Origin: Candidatus Poribacteria bacterium
Lineage (GTDB): Bacteria > Poribacteria > WGA-4E > B28-G17
Length of the DNA stretch: 64,000 nt
Reading direction: 5' to 3'
Assembly: GCA_021162805.1 (NCBI GenBank)
Contig: JAGGXZ010000185.1
Location: 3,064 to 67,063 of the forward strand
Shown in pieces: positions 19,000-29,429 of this stretch. The notes beneath the pieces are model-generated. The model was not told the origin of the DNA. It did no database searches and worked only from the letters and a program-made list of their open reading frames with translations. Every line of letters starts with the position of its first letter. Positions within the stretch are counted from its first letter, which is position 1. Both the position numbers and the translations under genes were made by a program.

Positions 19000-20368
19000 G
19001 AGAGACCTCCCTGTAACACCTTCGCAGCGCCTCAAGCGCCCCTTCGATCATCACTCGATCCGACTCCGGAGCGATGAAGATCCCGTATCGGCTCGCCCGG
19101 GCCATCTCCACTTCATATCCACCCAACGGCACCTGATCGGCGGTCGGGACGTAACCTATGGCACCGTTGGCGTGGCTGACCGGTATGGTCACTTTGAAGG
19201 GCGATTCCTCGGCGACTTTCAGGCCGATGTTGACGAATATCTCGCCTGGAAGGCCGACGATGGCGTAATCGCCTATGGCTATCGCCTGTGTCTCGACGGG
19301 GATGGTGAAATCGGCCTTCCCCGCCTCAAGATCCCTGACCAGTTTCTCCGTCCCCCTCAGCATCCTTGCTGTAAACCAGCTAAGGGCATCTTTCTCGTCC
19401 ACCGGTTTGCCTCCAGCAGCCTTACGCGCCCTTGCTATCTCCTCCTCGGCTCTGGCTCTTATCCGTTTCAGCTTCTCCCTTGCCTCCTCAAGCGATGGTT
19501 TCTCACCCAGATCGAGGGCGAACTCATAGCGAGCGACCGCTATACGCAGATCCTCCTCCATCTCATCGATACCCATCGCTGCCTGAAGGACGGCACAGCC
19601 CAGGCGGATGCCATGTCTCTCACAGAGCTCGAAATTTCCCCGTGGATGTGGGTTTACGTCCGCGCTACATGCGGCCACGAACAGGGCGAGTGCGTTTGAA
19701 AGGTTGGATTCTATGAACCGTTTGGCGACACCGGGGTAGTCGGCCGTATAGTATAGGTTATCGCCGCCGAGCGTCGTGCCGTGGGCGGCGTAGCTGAAGA
19801 GAAGCGCCATCGTCTTCCCGCTTTCGATCTCATCGAAACGGATGACGTCAGTGTAGGGAGCTATCGGACCGGAGGGGTTAACGCCGAGCACGGTTCTACC
19901 ATCGGGCCTCCGTTCACGTCTGTTAAGCGCTATGAGACAGTCCTGCCTGCCATATCCCACCCTTACGGGTTTCGCCCTGAGTTTCGCCTCCGACAGAGCG
20001 CCCGCCATCTTATGGATCAGCACGGTAGAATATGCTCGTTTCAGTTCATCCTCATCCTCCCTCCTCCTGAGCGACGTTTGGGGGCCGCCGTGCGTGTGAG
20101 AGCATGCGACGAGGATATTTCCCGCCGGCACGCCACAGATGGATTCGCAGGCCTCCCTTATCAGAGCCGTCCCCTGGACGTCGATGCCTATCAGATCGGC
20201 GGTTATCAATCCCGCCTCCGTCTCACCGTCGCTCAGGTAGAGCGCCACGGCGTTAAGCTCATCATGCACCCCTATGGCGGGGGTCTTCCGGGCGGCATAG
20301 CCCGACATCAACATGCCGACGGGCGGAGTTATATTCGCCCGCGCGGCACCGACGATCAGCTCAGACAT
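18986..20368 (-). CDS. Neutral/alkaline ceramidase-like protein
   Basis: 'ITPPVGMLMSGY', 'SHTHGGP', 'ADYPG', 'LPGEIF', 'GYVPT...GGYE'. Confidence 0.8.
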   Translation of the reverse strand: MSELIVGAARANITPPVGMLMSGYAARKTPAIGVHDELNAVALYLSDGETEAGLITADLIGIDVQGTALIREACESICGVPAGNILVACSHTHGGPQTSLRRREDEDELKRAYSTVLIHKMAGALSEAKLRAKPVRVGYGRQDCLIALNRRERRPDGRTVLGVNPSGPIAPYTDVIRFDEIESGKTMALLFSYAAHGTTLGGDNLYYTADYPGVAKRFIESNLSNALALFVAACSADVNPHPRGNFELCERHGIRLGCAVLQAAMGIDEMEEDLRIAVARYEFALDLGEKPSLEEAREKLKRIRARAEEEIARARKAAGGKPVDEKDALSWFTARMLRGTEKLVRDLEAGKADFTIPVETQAIAIGDYAIVGLPGEIFVNIGLKVAEESPFKVTIPVSHANGAIGYVPTADQVPLGGYEVEMARASRYGIFIAPESDRVMIEGALEALRRCYREVSHGQA

Positions 20369-21728
20369 CCCTTACCTCCTCTATCACCTTTCTCTCCCAA
20401 ACCCCTCTAACGAACAGCAGAAGCGATGCCACCGCTGTGATGAGATTGCTCCAAACCATGGCCATCCACACCCCCGTCACGCCCCACCCCAGGATTCTGC
20501 CGGCCAGATATGCCGATGGAAGCAGGAGCACCCAGAGGTTAAACAGCGACAGACCCATGGAGTAGATCGTATGACCGGAGCCCTGAAACGCCGAGGAAGT
20601 CAACCTAGATACGGCGAATAGGGGTATGGAGAAGGCGATGATGGAGAAAAACCTCGCTCCTAACCTCACCACATCGGGATCGTCGATGAATACCCTGACC
20701 AGATACTGGCGGAGAAGGAGACATAAAATACCTCCAGCCACCATCATCATAAATCCCAGACCGGTGGCCGTCCAGACGGATCTTCTAGCCCTCTTTATCT
20801 GATCCGCCCCGAGGTTCTGTCCTACCATCGTGGCAGTGGCCGCGGCGAGGCCGAAGACGGGCATTCGGAGGATCGAGGTCACCCTGATCCCAACGCCATG
20901 CGCGCTTATCGCCGCCGTGCCGAAAGAGGCTATCACCTTCATCAACATGGTGAAAGCTAAGGCGCTTCCGGAGCTGCCCATCGATGAGGGAATTCCGATC
21001 TTCACGATCTTTTTAACCATGTCCATCCTTAATCTCAGGTGATGGGCGCTCACCTTCACCCCAACTTTCCCGCTGAAAAGAAGGTAGATGGCGGCTATTG
21101 TGGCGACCCCGCGTGAAAAGGCCGTCGCTATTGCCGCCCCGCTCACCTCCATCCTCGGAAAGAACCCCACACCGAATATAAGCAGGGGGTCCAGGATGAT
21201 GTTCAGGATCACGGAGATGGCGCCGAGCTTCATAGGTGTCACCGTATCGCCAACCCCTCTGAGTAAACCGCTGAAGACGAAGAAGCCGAACATGAAAGGG
21301 ACGGAGGCGAACACTATCCTGGAATATGAAACCGCTTTGTCGAAGAGCATCGGCTCAACACCCATCCATCTCATCAAATACGGTATGAGGAGGAATCCTG
21401 CTGTGGCCAGCGAACAGGAGATGATAAGGAGGAAGGCCAGCACCTGACCGGCCGCCCTGTTTGCCCCCTCCCGGTTTCCGGCCCCCGTATGTTGAGCTAC
21501 CAAAGCGGTACCGGCAACACCTATACCGTCACTTAAGGATAACATGAGCCATATGATCGGCCAGCTTATGGTGGGAGCGGCCAGCGCTTCCTTGCTTAGC
21601 TTGCCGAGCCAGAAGGTATCGGCGAGGTTGTAGGCCGTCTGCATCAAGTTTCCTAACACGATGGGCCACATCAACACAAACAGCACTCTGATTATCGATC
21701 CCTTCAGTATCTCCGTTCTCCTATCCAT
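20361..21728 (-). CDS. MATE family efflux transporter
   Basis: 'YNLADTFWLG', 'RGVGDTVTPM', 'NIILDPLLIFG', about 12 TM segments. Confidence 0.92.
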   Translation of the reverse strand: MDRRTEILKGSIIRVLFVLMWPIVLGNLMQTAYNLADTFWLGKLSKEALAAPTISWPIIWLMLSLSDGIGVAGTALVAQHTGAGNREGANRAAGQVLAFLLIISCSLATAGFLLIPYLMRWMGVEPMLFDKAVSYSRIVFASVPFMFGFFVFSGLLRGVGDTVTPMKLGAISVILNIILDPLLIFGVGFFPRMEVSGAAIATAFSRGVATIAAIYLLFSGKVGVKVSAHHLRLRMDMVKKIVKIGIPSSMGSSGSALAFTMLMKVIASFGTAAISAHGVGIRVTSILRMPVFGLAAATATMVGQNLGADQIKRARRSVWTATGLGFMMMVAGGILCLLLRQYLVRVFIDDPDVVRLGARFFSIIAFSIPLFAVSRLTSSAFQGSGHTIYSMGLSLFNLWVLLLPSAYLAGRILGWGVTGVWMAMVWSNLITAVASLLLFVRGVWERKVIEEVRDV

Positions 21729-21850
21729 GCGGTGTACCCCCTCCGAGTTCACCTCGATTTTATCAGCTTTCCCGGATGCTGTCAAGAAGGGATTCTCTCT
21801 TGACAATATCTGGGCTGCTATGGTATCGTTAAACCGAGGTTGAGCTACCC

Positions 21851-22210
21851 ATGAGATCGATCGCTTTCTATATCCTCATGCTCTCCTCGATCCTCATGCT
21901 AACCGGATGTGGAACTAGGAAGGACTTGATCGAGGAGTATAACGACTTTGCTATTTGCGCTGCGAAGGCAGGGCTGTGGAAGGAAGCGGCCTTCAGATGG
22001 GAGAAGATCGTCCAGATGAATCCCAAAGATGCCAGAGCCCACAACAACCTTGCCGTTGCCTATGAAGCTATGGGGAAATACGATGAAGCCGAAAGGGAAT
22101 ACCGAAAAGCCCTGCAGCTCGATCCCAGAAACAAGGCTATTCAACGGAATTATATCAGATTCAAACAAATCCAGCAGAGACGTAAGGGGAGAGATGAAGG
22201 GGAAGGTTAG
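21851..22210 (+). CDS. Small TPR lipoprotein
   Basis: Lipobox 'LTGC', TPR 'AHNNLAVAYEAMGKYDEAEREYRKAL'. Confidence 0.82.
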   Translation: MRSIAFYILMLSSILMLTGCGTRKDLIEEYNDFAICAAKAGLWKEAAFRWEKIVQMNPKDARAHNNLAVAYEAMGKYDEAEREYRKALQLDPRNKAIQRNYIRFKQIQQRRKGRDEGEG

Positions 22211-22889
22211 TCTCGCCGTCATACTCATCCTGATCTTAGGCTGTGGAGGCCCTGAGAAGATATGGATCAAGGTGAATACCCCCTCAAAGATCGATATAAG
22301 CCGTTACCATTCCATAGCCGTCCTGCCCCTTCTGCCCCTGAAGAAGGATGATAGAAACGGGGATCAGGGCGAATCGATCTCGTATTTCATCAGGAGGGAG
22401 ATCGCCAAGGTGAAAGGGATTAACCTGATCGATGCCCAGACCACAAGGCGGATATTGGAAGGGGAGAAGATATCAATCCAAACGCTCGAAAGCCCAGAAC
22501 AGATGGTGGATATATGTGGGGAATTGGGGGTGGACGCCGTCATAGCGGGGACATATAAGCTGTATCATGTCAGCGAACCGAGGAGATATTACGTTGAGAG
22601 GTATTCGCCTCAACTGAGGCAGTATGTGACCCAGGCGGTCACATATTATGAGAAGACCTATTATCTCAAGCTCCATCTGATGTTGATCGACTCCAAGACA
22701 GGCAAGCCGATTCTCGATGAGGAGTATGAGCCATCCTACTCTGAGGCACATAACATCGGATCGCTGATCGTCTCGGAAGTTGCTCAGGATAATCCCGCCC
22801 TGGAGAGGCTCACCCTGGATGCGATATCGCAGTTTCTCAAGAAGATAGCGCCACACTATGAGAGAGAGGAGAGGTATCTGCTGAGATGA
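22194..22889 (+). CDS. Lipoprotein with CsgG/TolB-N-like alpha/beta domain
   Basis: Lipobox 'ILGC', 'SIAVLP', 'ELGVDAVIAG', 'LIDSKTG'. Confidence 0.68.
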   Translation: MKGKVSLAVILILILGCGGPEKIWIKVNTPSKIDISRYHSIAVLPLLPLKKDDRNGDQGESISYFIRREIAKVKGINLIDAQTTRRILEGEKISIQTLESPEQMVDICGELGVDAVIAGTYKLYHVSEPRRYYVERYSPQLRQYVTQAVTYYEKTYYLKLHLMLIDSKTGKPILDEEYEPSYSEAHNIGSLIVSEVAQDNPALERLTLDAISQFLKKIAPHYEREERYLLR

Positions 22890-25765
22890 AACCGAGATAC
22901 ACCATAGGTATACCATTCGTTATCCTGATGATCCTGGTCGGCTTCACGCCTCTATGGGCCACTCCGCCTCTGTTACAGAATCACCTCTCCTGGGCCACAT
23001 CATCATACTCCCAGTTCTTCGGCAAGAACAAGGTGACTGAGAAGAGGTTCAAATGGATGCTCCACAAGACGGATCATTTTGACATATACTATTACCCTAC
23101 AGAGGCTGCCTTGGTGCCGGAGGTTGGGAGGATAATAGAGGAGGCGTATCAGCGGCTGAGCGATGCGCTTGATCACGAGATAGAGGGCCGCACGCCCATA
23201 ATCCTATACAAGTCCCACAATGACTTTCGACAGACGAACGTCACGCTTGCGGATCTGACGGAGGGGGTTGGTGGATTTGCGGAGATATTCAAGCACAGGG
23301 TCGTCATACCGTTTACCGGCTCGCGCAGGGAGCTGAGAGAGGTTCTATTTCACGAGCTGACGCACATATTCCAATATGACATCATCTATCACAAGCCTCT
23401 AGCGCATATCTACACCGGTGAGTTTCTCTACAGTCCGCCGCTATGGTTCATCGAGGGGATGGCAGAGTATTTCGCACAGGATATGGACTCCGTTGGGGAG
23501 ATGGTTTTAAGGAACGCCGTTGTGACGAACGAGCTCGTGCCGTTGACGAAGCTGCAGGATTTTTCAGCCTTGGGCTCACAGGTCTATCTGGGATACAAGG
23601 AGGGGCAATCTGCGCTGATGTTTCTCGCCCGGAAATACGGGGAGGATAAGATCGGCTCCATCCTTCAGGAGCTGAGACATAGCCGGACGAAGAACCTGGA
23701 TGAGGCGATGAAGAACGTGTTGGGCATATCAGAGGAGGAGTTTGATAAGGGATGGCGAAGGGAGTTGAGGAAACGATATTATCCCCTGGTGGGTGAGAGG
23801 GATATGCCGGATGTGTTTTCAAAGCAGCTGACACATTCCGATGAGGGGGGCTATCTCAAATTCGCATGGTCGCCGAGCGGGGATCTTCTGGCGTGTATCA
23901 CGACAGAAGGGGGTCATTATGATATCAGCCTCATCACCTCCACAGACGGCAGAGAGGTGATGAGACCGATCACACATCTCTACAGGAGTCAATACGAGGA
24001 GATACAGATCAGAGGCAACGGGATAGCATGGTCACCGGATGGGGATAAGCTGGCCTTTTTCGCTCGGAAGGAGGGAGGGGAGGTTCTCTTCATCTACAAC
24101 CTGATAACGAAGGATTTGAGGAAGATCTCGATGCCCTTCGATTCTTGTTGGTCGCCGGAGTGGTCTCCGGAGGGAGGGAGGATCGCTTTTGTGGGGTTGA
24201 AGGATGGGCAATCGGATATCTATCTTCTCTCGCTCAGGCGGCTTCAGGTTGGGAAGGTTAGCATCAGCAGGGTTACGCGGGATATATACGACGAGGGAGG
24301 GATCACATGGAATCCGAGAGATGAGAAGCTGGCCTATTCATCGGAGAGGGGAGGATGGCGACGGATAGTGGTGCGGGATCTGATAAGCGGCGAGGAGAGG
24401 GTATTGACGGGATGGGGATTCAACAGTATCTCTCCGAGGTGGACTCCCGACGGTAAGGGTCTTCTCTTCGTTTCAGACATGACGGGTTTCAATGACATCT
24501 ATCGTATGGAGGTCGGCAAGGGGGAGGTGGTCAGATTGGTCGGGGCTATAACGGGTTGTTTTTCCCCTGCCCTATCACCGGATGGGAAGGCTCTTGCTTA
24601 CGTGGGGTATCACGACGGCAGGCAGGATATATACAGGGTGGAAGTATCCTCGTTAACACCCGAGACGGTGAGCTTTCCGGTTGCCAAATCGGGAGGGGAG
24701 GAGAGAGAGGGGAGAGGTGAAGAGGGGATAGTCGGCAGGAGGCGGTATAGGCCGAAGCTGATGTTGGATGCGATATTCACCGACTTCACGATGTATTCGG
24801 ATGGGATATTGAGGAACACGACGCAGCTTGTAGCGAGCGATATGATGGGGAATCATCGTGTGATGCTGACGTTGATGGGACAGAGCGGGTATTTCGCTCC
24901 GGATTTCGTCGCCTACTACTATTACCTCGGGTTGAGACCGGATTTCGGGGTGGGACTGTATAATTACCACACGGTACATCTGGTGAGGGGAATATGGGGA
25001 GATGAATGGTATCTTGAACGCAATACAGGAGCAGCGGCTCTGATGAGCTATCCGTTTGACAGGTACAGGCGGTTGGAGGTTCAACTGGAGATGATCTCCA
25101 TGCCGTTCAGGTATGATTTCTGGACATCAAAGCCGCTTGATAGAGGTAATATCACCTATCTGAGTGCGTATCTGATAGGGGACACGGTGAGTTGGAGCGA
25201 GATGGGGCCGAGGGGTGGGAGCAGGTATGCGATAGGGATTGAGAGGACATTGGGGTGTCTAGGGAGTGATTTAGAAATGACCAATTACAGCTTTGATATC
25301 AGGCGCTATCAAGGTGTGGGGAGAGGTGTATTGGCGTTTCGAGGTATGGGAGCAGCTAGCGAGGGTAGGGATAATATGATATACTATCTCGGAGGTATAG
25401 ATACGCTGAGAGGTTATGGATATGAGGATTTGAGAGGATCGCGGATGATGTTGATGAATGTGGAGTTGAGGGTGCCGCTGATAGAGGAGATCCGGTTTGG
25501 GTGGCCTGTGAGTTGGAGTATAGGTGGTATAAAGGGGATAGGTTTCATGGATATGGGAGCGGCATGGTACAGGGGAGAGAGGCCGAGATTGTGGAAGATA
25601 GAGGGGAGGAAGTTGGAGCTGGTCGATTTGGCCTCGTCTGTGGGATTAGGATTGAGGATGAATTTGGGGATATTTGCATTGAATATGGATTTGGCCTGGA
25701 GGACGAATTTGGTTCATATCGGGCCCGGTCCGATCTTCCACTTCGGCCTGGGAGGAGAATTCTGA
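22886..25765 (+). CDS. Peptidase-MA-like + TolB/PD40 beta-propeller + Omp85 barrel fusion protein
   Basis: Signal peptide, 'HELTH...PLWFIEGMAEY', repeated 'WSP(D/S)G', Omp85 'LRGY' loop, C-terminal 'FHFGLGGEF'. Confidence 0.85.
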   Translation: MKPRYTIGIPFVILMILVGFTPLWATPPLLQNHLSWATSSYSQFFGKNKVTEKRFKWMLHKTDHFDIYYYPTEAALVPEVGRIIEEAYQRLSDALDHEIEGRTPIILYKSHNDFRQTNVTLADLTEGVGGFAEIFKHRVVIPFTGSRRELREVLFHELTHIFQYDIIYHKPLAHIYTGEFLYSPPLWFIEGMAEYFAQDMDSVGEMVLRNAVVTNELVPLTKLQDFSALGSQVYLGYKEGQSALMFLARKYGEDKIGSILQELRHSRTKNLDEAMKNVLGISEEEFDKGWRRELRKRYYPLVGERDMPDVFSKQLTHSDEGGYLKFAWSPSGDLLACITTEGGHYDISLITSTDGREVMRPITHLYRSQYEEIQIRGNGIAWSPDGDKLAFFARKEGGEVLFIYNLITKDLRKISMPFDSCWSPEWSPEGGRIAFVGLKDGQSDIYLLSLRRLQVGKVSISRVTRDIYDEGGITWNPRDEKLAYSSERGGWRRIVVRDLISGEERVLTGWGFNSISPRWTPDGKGLLFVSDMTGFNDIYRMEVGKGEVVRLVGAITGCFSPALSPDGKALAYVGYHDGRQDIYRVEVSSLTPETVSFPVAKSGGEEREGRGEEGIVGRRRYRPKLMLDAIFTDFTMYSDGILRNTTQLVASDMMGNHRVMLTLMGQSGYFAPDFVAYYYYLGLRPDFGVGLYNYHTVHLVRGIWGDEWYLERNTGAAALMSYPFDRYRRLEVQLEMISMPFRYDFWTSKPLDRGNITYLSAYLIGDTVSWSEMGPRGGSRYAIGIERTLGCLGSDLEMTNYSFDIRRYQGVGRGVLAFRGMGAASEGRDNMIYYLGGIDTLRGYGYEDLRGSRMMLMNVELRVPLIEEIRFGWPVSWSIGGIKGIGFMDMGAAWYRGERPRLWKIEGRKLELVDLASSVGLGLRMNLGIFALNMDLAWRTNLVHIGPGPIFHFGLGGEF

Positions 25766-25834
25766 TCGCTCATATTTTTCGGTGAGTGTAGCAGAGAGCT
25801 GAATGGATAACCGCTACACTGAGAATTTGAGTGA
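25766..25834. repeat. Nested inverted-repeat element, family A (empty form)
   Basis: TCGCTCATATT..AGTGTAGCAGAG..GGATAACCGCTACACT..AATTTGAGTGA; same shell at 40618-40801 and 56165-56396. Confidence 0.8.
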
Positions 25835-25859
25835 ACCCAATTCCATGGAGGAGATAAGG

Positions 25860-28814
25860 ATGAAGGGACCTTTGAGGAAGCTTGTCGCTATCATTCTTAT
25901 ACTGATAGCGGTTTGGATACTGGGTAGGTTGATCGTATCGGTCTATCCGGAGTATCTGTGGTTCAAACATCTAAACTATGCCTCCGTCTTCACGAAGATA
26001 TTCTGGACGAAGGTGGCGATGGGGGTTACGGCGACGGTGTTGCTCTTGGGGTTAACCCTGGGCAACCTCTATCTGATATGGCGTTTCTCCAGCGCTTTGA
26101 GCCCGGCGATAATCGACGCGATGCCGTTGGGGAGGCCCGATTTCGACTTACGTAAGTACATCTTCGTCGCTTTAGGTATACTTTCGATCTTCTTCAGTCT
26201 GATCCTCGGGTATTCGACAGCGTCACATTGGGAGGTGGTTCTGAGATACTTCAATTCCGATGGGATAAAGTTCAATCTGATCGATCCGATATTTCACAAG
26301 GACGCCGGGTTTTACATCTTCAAGATGCCTTTCCTGCGATATATATATGGGTGGATCTTCGGGATCTTTCTCCTCATAACCATAGCCACAGTTGCCGTCT
26401 ATTTCTTCCACGGTCAGATCCTGGATAGGCGTAACCGGTTCGCCCCGCCTTTCAGGGTCAAAGCTCACGTCTTCACTCTGATGGCCATAACCCTTTTCAG
26501 CAGAGCATGGGGTTACAGGTTTTTGATGTATGACCTGCTCTATTCGACCAGGGGCAGGGTTTTCGGAGCGGGATATGCGGACGTGTATGCCAGAAAACCG
26601 GTGCTTTGGATATTGATGTTCCTGTGCATAGCGGCCGGATTCGTTTTTCTCATCAGCATTTTCATGCGCCGAACGAGATACGCCGTGGGATCGCTGGTGT
26701 TGATATTCATCGTCGCCTTCCTAGGCGGTATATGGCCTGCGACGGTGCAGAAGTTCAAAGTGAAACCCAATGAGCTCAATCTCGAAAGGCCGTTTATAGG
26801 ATATAACATCAAATTCACCCGATACGCATACAACCTGGATAGGATCGAGGAGAAGGAGTACCCGGTCATCGGCCGGCTCACCTACGATGTGGTCACGAGC
26901 GATAAGGCGTTTATGGAGAACGTGAGGTTGTGGGATTGGCGGCCGCTGAAGCAGATATTCAAACAGCTTCAGGTTCTCAGACCTCAATACGATTTTTCGG
27001 ATGTGGATATCGATAGATACAGGATAAACGGAAGGCTGAGACAGGTAATGCTCGCCGCCAGGGAGCTGAATTACAATCAGCTCAGGGCTGAGGCTAAGAC
27101 CTGGGTTAACCAGACCTTCACCTTCACCCACGGTTACGGCATCTGTGTCGTGCCCGTCAGCGAGATCCTAAACGGTCGTCCCCGCTTCTACGTCAAGGAC
27201 ATACCGCTGAACTATGCCCCTGAATGGCCGGAGAGGATAAAGGAGAACCCCGGTCCCAGAATATATTACGGCGAGATGACGAATCACTATGTGATCGTCA
27301 ATCCTCAAAGCGCCGAGCCGCGGGAATTCGATTATCCGATGGAGGAATCAGAAAGCTACGTCAAAAATAGCTATCAGGGCAAAGGCGGGGTTCCCTTCTC
27401 CTCCCTAATCCGTAAGCTGATATTCGCCTGGAAGTTCAAAAGCATCAACATGCTCCTTTCAGGCGAGATAAGCCGGAACAGCCGGATACTGTTCCACAGA
27501 AACATCCAGGATAGGATCTCTACGATCGCCCCGTTCTTGAGGTTCGATCAGGATCCCTACATCGTTATGGCAAACGGAAGGCTCTATTGGATAATAGACG
27601 CCTACACGGTCACGCATCGTTTCCCTTACTCTGAGCCGATGGAGGATGTGTTCAAGGAGATGGTCAGGTCGAAGTTCGGCCGCAAGACAGCGAGGAGAGT
27701 GCTGAGGACAAGAGGAGAACCATGGGGCAATTACATCCGTAATTCCGTCAAGATCGTGGTGGACGCCTATGACGGAAACGTCGATTTCTACGTGGTGGAT
27801 GAGGCGAACGATCCGATGATCCAGTGCTACATGAAGATGTTTCCCGATATGTTCAAGCCGTTTGAAAGCATGCCGCAGGAGCTCAAGGCTCACGCGAGGT
27901 ATCCGATGGCGTTATTTTTGATCCAGGCCCTCAAATACAGATCCTATCATATGACCACGCCCGACGTCTTCTATGCTCGTGAGGACCTGTGGGAGATAGG
28001 ATATGAGATATACGACAATACGGCCATCCAAGGCGAGCAACAACCCCAAGTATCGCCGCTTTCAAGACTTACCGGAGTAAGACCACAACAGACGGGTAAA
28101 AGCAACATCCAGCCGGTGGAGCCGTACTACCTCATAGTCACCCTGCCCGATGAGAAGAAAAGCGAATTCCTGATCATGATCCCCTATACGCCGGCCGGCA
28201 AAGCCAATTTGACCGCCTGGCTGGCCGCCAGATGCGACATACCGGACTACGGAAGGCTACTGGTCTATAAATTCCCAAAGGGTCAGCTCGTCAACGGCCC
28301 GATGCAGGTCGAAAGCTTTATAAGTCAGAATCCAGAGATCTCCAAGGACCTATCATTGTGGGATATGCGGGGGTCGAGGGTGTTGCGTGGAAACCTGCTG
28401 ATCATCCCTATGAGCGGCTCAGTCCTCTACGTCGAGCCGATATATATCCAGGCGGAACAATCGGAGAACGCCATACCTGAGCTCAGCCGCGTGGTCGTGG
28501 GGTATAAGCAGAGCGAGAAGATGAGCGTAGTGATGGGGATGACGCTAGAGGACGCTCTGAGAAGGATGTTCATAGGAGGAGCGATCTCAGCGGCTCCCTC
28601 CCCGGCCGGGGTGACAAAGGTCAACGCCAAACCGAAGCGGCGTCCTGCCGTCCAATCCGCAACTGCCGATCAGTTGATAAAGCTCGCAAAACAGCATTAT
28701 GATATGGCCCAACGGGCGATCAAACGAGGAGATTGGGCCGAATACGGAGATCAGATCAAAAAGCTCGGCGAGGTGCTATCACAGCTTGAGTTGATCTCAG
28801 GAGGTGGAAGATGA
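25860..28814 (+). CDS. UPF0182 family membrane protein
   Basis: 'YLWF', 'DPIFHKDAGFYIF', 'NVRLWDWRPL', 'THGYG', 'NYIRNSVK', 'LYVEPIY'. Confidence 0.92.
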   Translation: MKGPLRKLVAIILILIAVWILGRLIVSVYPEYLWFKHLNYASVFTKIFWTKVAMGVTATVLLLGLTLGNLYLIWRFSSALSPAIIDAMPLGRPDFDLRKYIFVALGILSIFFSLILGYSTASHWEVVLRYFNSDGIKFNLIDPIFHKDAGFYIFKMPFLRYIYGWIFGIFLLITIATVAVYFFHGQILDRRNRFAPPFRVKAHVFTLMAITLFSRAWGYRFLMYDLLYSTRGRVFGAGYADVYARKPVLWILMFLCIAAGFVFLISIFMRRTRYAVGSLVLIFIVAFLGGIWPATVQKFKVKPNELNLERPFIGYNIKFTRYAYNLDRIEEKEYPVIGRLTYDVVTSDKAFMENVRLWDWRPLKQIFKQLQVLRPQYDFSDVDIDRYRINGRLRQVMLAARELNYNQLRAEAKTWVNQTFTFTHGYGICVVPVSEILNGRPRFYVKDIPLNYAPEWPERIKENPGPRIYYGEMTNHYVIVNPQSAEPREFDYPMEESESYVKNSYQGKGGVPFSSLIRKLIFAWKFKSINMLLSGEISRNSRILFHRNIQDRISTIAPFLRFDQDPYIVMANGRLYWIIDAYTVTHRFPYSEPMEDVFKEMVRSKFGRKTARRVLRTRGEPWGNYIRNSVKIVVDAYDGNVDFYVVDEANDPMIQCYMKMFPDMFKPFESMPQELKAHARYPMALFLIQALKYRSYHMTTPDVFYAREDLWEIGYEIYDNTAIQGEQQPQVSPLSRLTGVRPQQTGKSNIQPVEPYYLIVTLPDEKKSEFLIMIPYTPAGKANLTAWLAARCDIPDYGRLLVYKFPKGQLVNGPMQVESFISQNPEISKDLSLWDMRGSRVLRGNLLIIPMSGSVLYVEPIYIQAEQSENAIPELSRVVVGYKQSEKMSVVMGMTLEDALRRMFIGGAISAAPSPAGVTKVNAKPKRRPAVQSATADQLIKLAKQHYDMAQRAIKRGDWAEYGDQIKKLGEVLSQLELISGGGR

Positions 28815-29368
28815 GTATAAATAGGGATGAAGCGATGAAGCTGCTCAGGGAGTATACCAAAAACGAGAACCTAATCAAACATGCCCTAGCCGTCGAGGCT
28901 GCCATGAGGGCTTACGCCAGGAGATTCGGCGAGGACGAGGAGAGGTGGGGGATAGCGGGATTACTGCATGATTTCGATTACGAGAGGTATCCAACCCCGG
29001 GCGAACATGCCATCAAAGGTGCCGAGATCCTCGCCGAGAGGGGATATCCCGAGGACATCGTAAACGCCGTGAGATCCCACGCCAATTATGAGGAGTATCC
29101 GCCTCAGACCTTAATGGAGAGAACCCTTTTCGCCGTAGACGAGCTGACCGGTTTCATAGTTGCTGTGGCCCTCGTCAGACCTTCCAAGAAAATAGCGGAT
29201 GTCAAGGTCAGCTCGGTCAGGAAGAAGATGAAGGATAAGGCTTTCGCCAGAAAGGTGAAGAGGGAGGATATAATCAAGGGGGCGGAGATGCTCGGCGTGC
29301 CGCTGGAGGAGCACATAGGGACGGTGCTTGAGGCGATGAAGGGGATAGCCGATCAGCTAGGGCTGTGA
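28811..29368 (+). CDS. HD (HDIG) domain hydrolase
   Basis: 'KHALAVE', 'GLLHDFDYE', 'DELTG', 'KDKAFA'. Confidence 0.88.
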   Translation: MSINRDEAMKLLREYTKNENLIKHALAVEAAMRAYARRFGEDEERWGIAGLLHDFDYERYPTPGEHAIKGAEILAERGYPEDIVNAVRSHANYEEYPPQTLMERTLFAVDELTGFIVAVALVRPSKKIADVKVSSVRKKMKDKAFARKVKREDIIKGAEMLGVPLEEHIGTVLEAMKGIADQLGL

Positions 29369-29374
29369 ATCTCC

Positions 29375-29403
29375 TTGCCAATCAGGGAGGTATTTGTTAT
29401 ATT
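29375..29403 (+). promoter_or_regulatory. Sigma70 promoter of the rpsB operon
   Basis: TTGCCA-17 nt-TATATT with an extended TGn. Confidence 0.65.
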
Positions 29404-29429
29404 TTCTTAAGCCCCCCGATCACATAAAC

